64,000 nt of DNA from Paraspadella gotoi (lineage: Eukaryota > Animalia > Chaetognatha), in contig CM119271.1 of assembly GCA_051294375.1 (NCBI GenBank), positions 16,331,434 to 16,395,433 on the forward strand, written 5' to 3'. The notes below the pieces were generated by a model. That model was given only the letters and a program-made list of their open reading frames with translations, ran no database searches and was not told the origin of the DNA. Positions 42,001-54,300 of this stretch are shown piece by piece. Made by a program: the position numbers and the translations under genes. Positions within the stretch are counted from its first letter, which is position 1. Each line of letters begins with the position of its first letter.

Positions 42001-45000
42001 CAGCGCCTAAAACAGAGGGGGTGGAGAGAAACACCGACCGGGGCGCGAGGCATCTTGCAACGCAGTCGCGCCCACGTGGATCTCAGGGTCCCTCAAACCC
42101 TTGGTCGAAACCGTAGATTTCGTCGAACTGCGATCGCGCGATCCTTTTCGAGGTTTATCGCGCGATTTCTTACGATCGTCGAGAGCAGACATAAGGACGA
42201 GCGAGAAAGTTCAAAATTCGATATGAAAAGGAATAATATCGAAGAAAAGTCCCGATAATAATCGAAAAAAGCGCTAAAATAAGCGAAAGCGACTGATCAC
42301 AGAGCGCGAAAAAAGGGCTCAGCAGCACTTCGACAGTGATGCTGCGTCGGGACTGGGCCCTGCAGCAGCTCTGCTGTCGCTGAGGCCGGGAGTCTGGTTT
42401 TCTCTTTTGACTTTTGTTTCTGTTTCACATGTCTGGTCACAGCGTGGTGTCTCGCCTTTTGGAGAGACAAAAGGCTAATGTGGGGGGAATTTCGAATAGA
42501 GAATTAGACTATAGATAGTATAGATAATGATATATGAAAGAGTATTATGAGTCTCTTTAATTCCAAATTAATTTCTATTCTATATAGCTTGGTAATAAAC
42601 TAGTTAGACATTTTTTTAAAATTAAAACCCGAGTAATATAAGCTTTATTAATGGCACAAACCTTTCCGACCATAGAAACGACTTACCTTAGACCACGAAA
42701 TCTGCGGGAAAGGTCGGCCGATGGCTTCGCACGGAAGGGCGAGGTCGTTTCCGGGTTGGACGACGATTTCGCGCGGCGTGGTGAGGATTTGAGGGAGAAC
42801 GTTGATGGTCACCTGGATATGGAAAGGAAGGTAAGTTCTCGCAAAAATCCTAGTTCTCTTAAATACTTTAATGCAAGAGCAATTGAAATTGATAATCAAA
42901 GATTGTCATTGATGGCCATCTGATAAATATGCATGAATAAAAAAAAAGTAACCAACAGCTCTGCCAAAATTATTAATAATTAACTTAATACAGCTGGAGG
43001 GAGAAAAAGGTTGTGAACGATTAAATATTTTTCAATGACGAACGAATGAATAAATAATCAATGAACTCTTTATTCGAAGTACATATCAATCAATTAATTA
43101 CGACACGAGACTTTAAATTCGCATTTCAACAAAAGTTTATTCCGGATTTTACGAGAGTTCGTTACCGTTGAAATCAGAAAGTCGCCCCCTGCCATCTTTC
43201 TCACCTTGACAGTTCGCTTAGCCGGCCTCTCGATCCCATTAAAAGCCCTGCACGTGTAGTACCCTTCGTCCTCTTCAGTCAACTTTGTAAAGTCCAACGA
43301 ACCTTCGTCAGATTGGGTCACGTGACTATGGTCAAGGGCGTCGAAGGGAAGATCGTCTTTGTACCTGGAGAAATCGGGTAGGAAGCGTTTGCAAAATTTC
43401 ATTTGCATATTGTAGTCAATCACTTATCATGTCGCCCAAAACTCTTACTCGTATAAAAGAAAAGTATCTCTCGGCAGATGACCAAAAACTTAATTCGTAC
43501 ATTTGACTTATCGTCAGTTCAGAATATCAAATCAAGCTCCTCACCACAGAAAACGAAACGAAACCTAATCAAAATCGACCTTTCTCTCCTCACCCACTAC
43601 TTACCAAACGATCTGCGGCAGCGGCGAGCCGTGGGCGACGCAAGGCAGCGACGCGGGATCGCCACGAACGAGTGGCTGATCCAGTGGGAAAGGTTCTATC
43701 TCGGGGGCTGCTACAGGGCATCCGCGAAGATTGTAACCTGTAAGAGAAAACATCTTAAAGTATAGTGATCTCGCAGGACGTTACTAAAAAAAAAAAAATT
43801 AATAAAAAAATTATAAAAAAAACCGAATGATTGATGCGATAACGAATTATTGATGTAATAGTAATTGATTGATTGATGTAATAGTAATTGATTAATTGGT
43901 GTAATAGTAATTGATTGGTTGATGTAATAGTAATTGATTAATTTATTAATGCGATGATAGTCATTGATTGAGCGATGATAGTCATTGATTGACGCGATGA
44001 TAGTCATTGATTGACGCGATGATAGTCATTGATTGACGCGATGATAGTCATTGATTGACGCGATGATAGTCATTGATTGACGCGATGATAGTCATGATTG
44101 ACGCGATGATAGTCATTGATTGACGCGATGATAGTCATTGATTGACGCGATGATAGTCATTGATTGACGCGATGATAGTCATTGATTGACGCGATGATAG
44201 TCATGATTGACCGATGATAGTCATTGATTGACCGATGATAGTCATGATGACGCGATGATAGTCATTGATTGACGCGATGATAGTCATTGATTGACGCGAT
44301 GATAGTCATTGATTGACGCGATGATAGTCATTGATTGACGCGATGATAGTCATTGATTGACGCGATGATAGTCATTGATTGACGCGATGATAGTCATTGA
44401 TTGACGCGATGATAGTCATTGATCTGACGCGATGATAGTCATTGATTGACGCGATGATAGTCATTATTGACGCGATGATAGTCATTATTGACGCGATGAT
44501 AGTCATTCATTGACGCGATGATAGTCATTCATTGACGCGATGATAATCATTCATTGACGCGATGATAATCATTCATTGACGCGATGATAGTAATTCATTG
44601 ACGCGATGATAGTCATTTATTGTAAATAAAAACAAACAAATGTGTGTATGAATGAGAGAGTGAAACAGAGAAAGAGAGGGAGAGAAAAAGATAAAAAAAA
44701 GCTGAACAGCCGCTGCAGAGCGAACTCGTTTTTAGACGAATCAGACGAAGCTGACGGAAAAAGAGATAGAGAGAGCAACATAATTAAAAGAGAGAGAAAT
44801 AGAGAGAAACTAGACAGCAGCGGGACAACCGCTGCACAGCTTCCTATGGTTACACACTTGAGCTATTTTCAATTTTAAAACAGCGTGACACAGCGTGACG
44901 ATGACGACAACGTCGTCTAGGGTCAAAAGAAACAAACGAATTAACAATTAGCTATTTGTGGAACAGAGTTACAACGGAGTCAAAATAAGGTAAAAAGATT

Positions 45001-48000
45001 CAAATTATAAGAGGTAAGTTCACATTCACACACCCTTGGCAGGAGTCCTTCCGTCGATGCAGCAACCGAACATGGAGAGTTCGCAATCAGGTTCTTCAGC
45101 GGCGAAAGGTTCGAAGGCGGACGAGGCCTTCGAAGGGGATTTGGAGACGGCCTCCGCATCCACGCAGAACCTGGAGAGGATTGTGGATGGGAGTTCGGGG
45201 TGGAAATGTTTAAGCACGACGAGAGAATGTGAAAGGAAGTAAGAAAATAGAAAATTAGAGAATGTGATCGGAATGACCGTGTGACATCTTTTAATAAATA
45301 AAGTTGCTTCAATTTCCTCACCTGCCGCAACCGTTGCTGCAGCATTTCTTGTCGCCGGGACACGAAGAATCTCCGTCGCAGAGATCGGCGCAGATACCGT
45401 CTGTTTCTTTGACGACGGACGGACAGGTGCCGGGTTTGTTTCGGCGCCGACAGGTGGCCTGGAAGAGAGTGACAGATGCAGCGAATGAAATTAATGTGAA
45501 CTAGGCATCAATCCCGTGACTTGAAGCTGTAGCATTAAAGTAAAGGATTTACTCACAAAGATTAAACGACAAAAGAAAATATAGATTAATGAATAAATGA
45601 ATGAACATATGAACAGATACATTAATAAATCGAAGTTAACTTAAAACTCGCTGCCCAGAAACCAAAATGAATGAATCCTCACGACCTGCAACTGCGACGG
45701 CTACTTTAGTAATTCATGATGAAACTAAGAATCTCCCCGTCTCTCAAAACTAACCTTCGCCGGCGGACAAGGTTGCTTCATGCAAGTGTAGTATTCCACC
45801 ACGCAGTCGTCCGTGGACGGACAGACGTGATCGAGGCAAGGATCGAGACAGCGGCAGACCGGGCATCCTTCCACGTCCTGCTCCAGTCCGTACGGGCAGT
45901 GTACGTTGCATCCGTTCAGCACCGGACACGGTCGCGGCTTACAGATGCCGACGCATTCTTCGTGGGTATCGAAGCGATTTGCATTGCCTTCGCAGCCACC
46001 GTAGATGAACGGGTAGCAATCCCGGTGCAGAGTGTCGAAATACCATAGGATGTTTGTCTCCGAGCAAGAGCCGTGATCGACGGGAGAGTGGCACTCGTCG
46101 AGGAAGCTTTTTTTTTAGGGGGGAGGGGGGGGGAGAAAGTAGGTTAGGAATAGATTTACATTAATTAAATGATTATTAGATGTTTTAGATTATTTAGTCA
46201 GTTTGTTCGAGCGGCTTATAACCTCTCAATCTCGACTTCATCGTGGCACGCCTCTGCGCAGTCCTCCATCGACTCGAAATTGTTCTCGTTTCCTCGACAT
46301 CCGCCGTAGAAGAAAGCGCGACATCTTTTGGCCGCCGCGTCGTGATAGAAGCGACGCGTGACGTTGTGACAGGGGCCGCGGGCTTTGGGAAGGGCGCAGA
46401 CGGCCGCGCGGGCCGAAGGGGAGAGTGAGGCGGGCGACGCGGGAGCGGCGGGGGCAGAGGCAGCGGCAGCGGCGCTGCGGGAACCGCAGACGGAGCGGCA
46501 TTCGTCGGCGCTGAGGAATTTGTTACCATTGCCCAGAACCGCCATAGTAGAATCTGGTTAATGTAAATCGGATGAAAATTATAATTGAACAAAACGGATG
46601 ATAAAAAAGAATGGATTATGGGACAGAACAGACTATTTTACCAAACGGAGAATAAAACAAATAAGATAATTGAAAACCCCCCCTCCCAAAAAAAAGAACA
46701 GTCAATTCAACAATGGAACAGATCATAGAACGGAACAGAACATATAACAGACCAGAACAGAAGTAAGATCGGAGATCAGAAAGTGTTACGCATGGCCCAC
46801 CCCAGCCCCACCCGCTTCTTCTACCCTAACTCACCTCTTGCACGACGCAGAATCTTTGTCGAAGTACCAACGAACCACGTGATCTTGACACGGCCCGCTC
46901 TCCCTCCGCTGGGAGCACACCTCGACGAGCGACTTGGGCGCGCAGGTCGCCAGACACGACGCCTCGGAGGCGAAGACGTTGCCGGATGCGGTGCAGCCGC
47001 CGTGGATGAATTCGCGACATGTGGTGTCGGAGGCGTCGAAGAACCAACGGGCGGTTGTGGACGCGTTGCAGATGCGAGTGTCTGGTGGGAGGATGCAGAG
47101 GTTGTGGGGAGATGCGGTTGGAGTAGGAGTGGTGGATGCTGTGGAGGTTGTTGTAGTTGTGGTGGTAGGAGTCGTGGTTGATGTGGATGTAGTGGAAACG
47201 GTTGTGGTCGTCGATGTAGTCGACGCCGTTGTCGTCGGTGTGGCGGCTGCAGTAGCGGAATCGCTCGTAGACACGGCGTCGTCCGATTCCGGTGTTGTCG
47301 GCGTCGTCAACGCCACCGTCGGCTGCACCAACACCGTCCCTTCGTAGCCTCCGCACGTGATCTCGCATTCGCCAAGCGTCTCGAAGCGATTGAGATTCCC
47401 GCCACAGCCGCCGTAGCGGAACGGCATGCAGCGGCCCTCCAGCACGTTGAAGTAGAAGCGGGTGAGGGCGCCGCGGCAGGTTCCGGCGTTGCGGGGTAAG
47501 TGACATTGAGAGGAGGCGACGAAGGCGGCGTCGTTAGAGGCAGTGGCGACGGCGTCGTTTAGTAGAGAGGGTGAGGTTGGCGTCGCGTAAGCAGCGTCGA
47601 CGAGATGCTTCATCATTTGGATTTCGTTGTCGAGATTGAGGCTGATAACGTTACCACGGACTGTGTGTTATAAGTTATAAATTAATAATAGTATTGTTAT
47701 CGGTATTACTCGTTTTTAATAATATTAATAAGCAATTTGGCATTTACAAGTGTATTTTTTTTATTATAGTGGGTGGGGTGTGTGAGAGAGCGAGAGAGAT
47801 TGATAGACGACGCGTTGGTTTTCGTCCACAATTTTTTATAATGATTATTGATTAATATCCAATATAATAATTTAAATAATAAATATAAATATAAAATAAA
47901 TTTTTATCTGACCGTGAATTGAAGGTCGTGGATCGAGTATCGGACTCTGATCTTCAAGATCATCGTCGATGACTTCGTTGTTGAAGATGGCGTCGACGCT

Positions 48001-48321
48001 GTTATCCGAAGCTTCAGTCGGAATCGTCTCCAACTCGGCGTCGCGATGCTCTTTTGGTTCCTCGACTCGATCATCGTCCGCAGAGCCATCTCTCGATTTT
48101 GACGGGAAACTCTCGTTCTCGTCCGAGGGAGACGGTTTTTTGACGGGCTTTAGTAAATGAATAAAATTTACGAAATGAAGTAAGAGTAAGATTGCGTGAA
48201 TTAAACTATATTAGATTATATTTTTATATATTAGTATTCAAAATACTAGATTTAATTGTGTAACTAAGTTTAATAACAAGCCCTGTTTTTATTTTTGTAA
48301 TTGAGAAGGACAAAAGGGATG

Positions 48322-48374
<53 letters not shown>

Positions 48375-51300
48375 CATCGTTGATGATATTATGGTGGACT
48401 AAAATCCACCAACCGTTCATCAGCGGCCATTGGTGCCGGAGGCAAGTCATTCGCCTCCCAACCCGAAGGTCTGGGGTTCTCGCCCGGTGGTCGCCTTGTA
48501 GTTAAGAGGGACGGGGCGCTTAACCCTCCTGTAACAAGATGTTACAGCCTGATCCGAAGCTCAGGGACTGCTTATATTGAACGCTTCTGTCATTAACACA
48601 TAACAATTATCACTCTTCAATATTATCATCGTTGATGATATTATTATTATTTTTATTATCATTATTATTATTATTATCATCGTTGATGATATTATTATTA
48701 TTTTTATTATTATTATTATTATTATTATGTTGGTTATGTCTTTTGTAGTCGGGCATTGCCTAGGTTCACCCCGCCTAGAATCATGACACTTTCAGTTGTG
48801 ACCTGGTGGCTCATTGAGTAAAGCCATCAGCTCATGACCACTAGGTACCGGGTTCAATCCCAACCCTGCGGGAAGCGTGAGGACGGCCGTAAACAACTAT
48901 ACAACATTAACATATTATTCATTGCACTATGATCGAAGTGAACGTTAAAATCGGAAAAATTATACTAATGACATATTCGGATAGCTTAACACGAGTAATT
49001 CTTGAAAACTTTAGAGTTTATTCCCATAAATTTTTAATATTTGCAAAAAGGACAAAAATGTTTCATTTTATTTTTTACGTTTTCTAAAGATGAATCAAAC
49101 GCTAAGCGGAGTTTTTTTTGGCTTTATTTAATTATTTTTACCTCTCAAATACGGTAAAATGAAATTTTAAAGAGAAAAAAATGATTCAATAAGTTAAACC
49201 ACTTCAAAATCGCAGTTAAAAAATAATTTACTTAGTAAATGGTTCTTATCGGGGTGTTAAAAAAAAATTATTTGAAAATCATTTTAGCATTTACTTATTT
49301 TGCGGATCGTGCGGATGAAATCCGAACACAAGTCGCTTATAATATCCAATCTTATATTTAATTAGAATGGTAGTGATTCCCCATGATTCCCTATATAATT
49401 TTAAGCTAGTTTTCAAAAAATCAGATACAGTAAACCTTTTTAGAACAAATTTGTATTTAATCCATGCTAGGTATCCAGTTGTTTAATCATATTTAAAAAA
49501 AATCTTAAAAGCATAAGGATTGTCGCAATTGCATAAGAAAAAATCTGGATTGACGACAAATTTTGATACTAAAAAAATCAAATTTGAGAAAAAATAAAGA
49601 AAAAAAAAGAAAAAAATAATCCATGAAAAAAATCACGGAAAATCTCGGATGTAAATTTGGGAATAAATGGCGATAATAAAGTTTTCTAGAGGGAAAAAAT
49701 TAATCAAAGAGAAGAGAGAGAGAGAGAAAGAAAGAAAAGAAAGAAGCCAAATCATTTTCAGCACCCAGAAAAAATCCACGAAAATCCCGGACGTAAATTT
49801 GGAAATAAATGGCGATAATAAAAGTTTTTAGAAGAAAAAATAATCAGAGAGAGAGAGAGAAAAGAAATCAAGACAGCAGCAGAAGAGCGCAGGAGAAAAA
49901 AGAGAAAAAGAAGAGCCCCTGCAGAGCCAGCTGCAGAGGAAAGAAATCAAAAGGCAGCAGCAGAAGCAGCAGGGAGAAAATAGAGAAAAAGAATAAGCCC
50001 CTGCAGAACCAGCTGCAGACTCGTTTTTTTTCCCTATGTCATAGGCTATGATTATGAATCATCGTGAATAGGGAAAGAGAGAGGGAGAGAGACATGTAAT
50101 TAAAAGAGAAAGAGAGAGAGAGAGAAATATGAAAAATAAAAGAGAGAAAATTTGTTTGTTTTGATAAAACGTAGACAAAACATATTTAATAACTGTCCCG
50201 ACTCAATTTTAAGCACATCGATGATGAGAAGCTGTATATAAATTTTCAGCTTCATACACCAAATTTAATCATAAAAAAGGCGATCTATATTTGGAACGAC
50301 TACGACGACGCCACTTATGGGCAAAAGCGTTACAATATCGTCGCAAACGCTTAGCGATTGCGACGATAAAAAGTAAATTCATCATAAAGTTCCTGGAATA
50401 TAGTGATGAGCGATCCGCGATCCACGATCCGCCAGGAGTTGATCTAGCCTCTCCATCTACTTGTACCCACAAGAAGTAAGAACAGGCTCTGACGCAGAAT
50501 AAAACGAAGACCGTTTGATTGAAAAGGTAAGGGACTGCCTAGGACTTATTAGGGGGGATATTGGGGTGCGCGCACAAAATGCCGCAGAGGCGGACTTACG
50601 GCCATGTGACGGAGTCGTGCCACGTGAGGATAGACAGCAAAGCACGTTTCTACCTCCGACTTCAAAAGACAGCAGATGATATGAGCCAACAGTAGAACTC
50701 AAGCTCTTCCAGTTGGTGCGATCAAGTGAGAACACGATAGCCAAGCGTCGCAGGTTACCCAGGCATAGGCATCAGCCAAAACGAGCTACCAAAGGTAATG
50801 ACTGTTCGTGAATGGATCAACAGGGACCGATGATCAAAGCGCTCAACTTTAAGAATTCCGCTACAAGCACTCCAGATTGTCGCTAGAGCATCTGCCGATG
50901 AAAATGATGAAAAGAACGTTGTCTTCACAGACTGTTCAAAACCCTAAAGAGAATGGGCCGATTACAATTGAACAGAACTGCTGATGGAATTTATGGTGGG
51001 GTACCTCCGAAGTGCCTCAGAATCACCTGACAGATTAAGGGTGACGAAGCATCCGCACCAACAAGGTGTGGACGAGGGGGGGGATATTCCCGGATTCTGA
51101 CACCAAAAAGTGAACTGGACGATGCACCAGTGATGAGCGGGTTTTCCGTGGTCGCTCACCCTTCTGAGAGTATCTATATCGTAGGATTTAATGAGTCGTT
51201 AGAAATCAAGAACCGGGGGTAGCAAAGGTAAGCATCGGTTAACGATAGAAACAGCAATGATTCTCAGGTAAGCTCGGCCTAGCCACTATTCAAATAAACA

Positions 51301-54300
51301 TGAAACGCATAAACCAATACTATATATTAAAAAACCCCGATGATGGCCAACTAACATTAATGCGATCTGCATGAAATAGAATCATGATCAATCAAAGCAC
51401 CGAAACAACAACGAACTGCACTGCCTGCAAACAAATATCGATTGTTCATACCCTTAAACAGCCCCACAAAAGGCAAACAAGACCAACGGACCACGACGAG
51501 AGTCTATGTCCAACAATAGCTCGACAAAGTGAGTCTGAAATAGAGAAAAGCCTTATATCTCCTAAAGAAATGATTTTTGACAACTGATATTGCTTGAGAG
51601 GTTTCCGATGATAGTCCCTAATTATATAAAGCATATATATTTTTGTACGATGGACAACACTTTTTCCGAGAAATAAAATTATTTCGATGATAGTGCATTG
51701 TCCAATAAAGTGGAGCACTCAAGAACAAAAAATTTATTTGAATGATCGAAACATGATATTTAGATGTGAGATAGTATGATTAACTAGTACAAAAAATATT
51801 TTGTTCATATTATCTCGGGAACAGAATAGTAAAATATAATATATTTGTATAATATCCTTATAAAATAGTAAATTTTAAAAATATTTTATAAAACTTTTAA
51901 TAAAGATTCAGATTCTTCATAAAAAGTTGAATCAAAAATATAAAACATGTTATCAAAAATTCTATCATCTTTAATGTTTAAAATAAAAAAAGGTGAAAAT
52001 TCCAACTTTTTTTTTCTGTATAAAAAACTTATATATGTTAAAACGTTTTAATCATTTTTTGTGATCTAAACATTAAATAATATCTTAATGGCAAAGCCGG
52101 GTTGCCTTGTGATGACCATTGGGATGGGGCATCTCACTGTTTTGGCTTTGGGGGCTTCCGACCCTCAGTGACGCCTCCAGTCACTGGCGCGGTTACCTAG
52201 GACGGTCTCGCTTTTGCCAACGCAGAGGGAAGTCGTTAGGACTGTGGATGGAACACTACACTTGGGATGGGTGTTCCCCTCTGAGCCAATGGATTTGGCT
52301 GAAGGATGGTGGAACGTGAAGGCGGTGTGAATATACCGCCACAGGATCCCCGGGCCAAGACATCACTCAGTTCCTCAAGCCTGAGAGGTGTCTGACAAGA
52401 CTGTTACCATAAGTGGGAGAGGCGAGAGAGAGAGAGCGCGAGTTGTGGGGGCATAGGCGTTTGTCGTAGCGTACCCCAGGGGCATAGGCGTTTGTCGTAG
52501 CGTACCCGAAGTCGGCAGGGCATAGGTTTGTCGTAGCGTACCCTGAGAAGGTTGCGTGTTCGATAGTAGGGCTCCCCCACTTATGGCAACAGCCGGGTTG
52601 CCTGTTATGCCCATTGGGATGGGGCATCTCACTATTGGCTTTGGGGGCTTCCGACCTCAGTGACGCCTCCAGTCACTGGCGCGGTTACCCTAGGTCGGTC
52701 TCGCTTTGCCAACCGAGAGGGAAGTCGTTAGGACTGTGGATGGAACACTACACTTGGGATGGTGTGTTCCCCTCTGAGCCAATGGATTTGGCTGAAGGAT
52801 GGTGGACGTGAGGCGTGTGGAATATACCGCCACAATATAACATATTTTATAAAAGTTTCTTAGTTTTTTACAGCGAATCCAAATCAGTTTTTAAAATAAA
52901 AAAAAATTATTTTGAAATTTGACGATTTTATAAGGATATTACTACATAAAATATTGAATTTGCTATACTGTTATGCTAAAAAAATTTTTAAAAGGATTTA
53001 AAATTCATTATTATATATCCATAGGCAGCAAAAAAATAATGTTCAATCCTCAATCTTTTTCATCACTCCACCCTATTGTCCAATATCCATTATTCATCGT
53101 TCTTGTTAAGAACAAAACAACAATTAAATATATTTACATATATTTCATCTCTTCCATACCTTAGTGGCTCCTTTTCCCCCTTTCGTCGGCTCCCTCTCGC
53201 CTTCCCTTCGTCGGCAAGCCGACAAACAAGCGTCGGCCGAAGCGAAGTTGTTCCCATTTCCATTGCATCCGCCGTAGATGAACAGCTGACAAGTCGAGGC
53301 GGCGGGATCGAAGTGAAACCGGCGGGTGTAGCTGAGACAAGGACCGGAGTCAGCCGGAAGGCGGCAGACGTCTTGCAGGGCAGGGACTGAGGCTGTGGAA
53401 GAGGAAGAGGAGGGGAAGGGGAAGAGGAGGGGAAGGAGGAGATTTCTTTAGTATTTAGGTATTTTATTCAGTTTATTCCCTTTTTTATTTATTATCAGTT
53501 TTTTAATAAGCTTTCCTATTACCTTTTAATTCTATCATGTAGTTCTTCCATGAAGATTGAAGAATCCCGGTTCCATACGGAACCATAAATTATCTAAACC
53601 TAAATATATTTAAGTCAGCTTTTGTAGGGAGACGCGATTGTCATTTTCTGGACCGGCATCGCACGACATAACTCCTTCATCCCCACACCACTCACTTCCG
53701 CCCAGCACCGCCGTGTCCCACGGTGCCGTTGCCGTCCCGTTGCAGGCCTCCTCGCAGAGTCGCTTCGTCTCAAAGTTGTTCCCGTTTCCTTCGCATCCGC
53801 CGAAGAGGAATTGACGACACTGTCCGGTCGACGACGACGCGTCGTAGAACCACACCAACTGCTCGTCGTCGCAGGGTCCGCGTTTGGGTGCGAGACGGCA
53901 GACGTCGGCGATGGTAACGTGCGGAGATTGGCGGAGGCCTGGATTAGTAGAGCGGGGATCAAATTTCTTTTTTTTTTATCATCAACGGAATGGACCTATA
54001 AACGGACTTGGTTGGCCTAGTGATGTGATTGCTCGTCTCCTTCACGAATCATCAGAATGCCGACCAATCACAGACCTTACTTCAACCTTTGAATGACCAA
54101 TGACCGACAGAGGAACCGACGGAGGGATCGATGGTCAAAATTGCTAAGAGAACTCTTGGGATTCGCCTTCACATCGAAACTCAAGAACGAACACTTCTTC
54201 AAATAATTATTGAACTGTTTAATATTGTCATCACCTTTGTCTTAACCTTTGTCATTGTGTCATCGTTACCTATGTCATCACCCTAATCATTGTCCGTCAT

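Larger units (their letters stand above)
37677..42504 (-). mobile_element. DIRS1-like tyrosine-recombinase retrotransposon, full-length but decayed
   Basis: ~180-bp ITRs (37710-37891 vs 42316-42495); ICR at ~41543-41626; AAT at both termini; RT (IDLRDVY, DFDDFL, HREKS...FLGF), RNase H (DAS), MT-like (PSIDLFA), YR ([23 protein letters not shown]); many frameshifts. Confidence 0.93.

Noticed and set aside
43950-44615. CRISPR-like array
   Set aside because: Units are head-to-tail with no unique spacers, no cas genes, and it lies in a eukaryotic intron.
48423-48495. Functional tRNA-Gly gene
   Set aside because: D-arm and anticodon stem pair poorly, there is no T-run terminator, and it is embedded in a TSD-flanked repeat.
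52655-52735. HDV-like ribozyme in the TRIM LTR (GCC TCC...T GGC)
   Set aside because: P1.1 GG and the catalytic C before GAA are missing, and no P1 partner was found.
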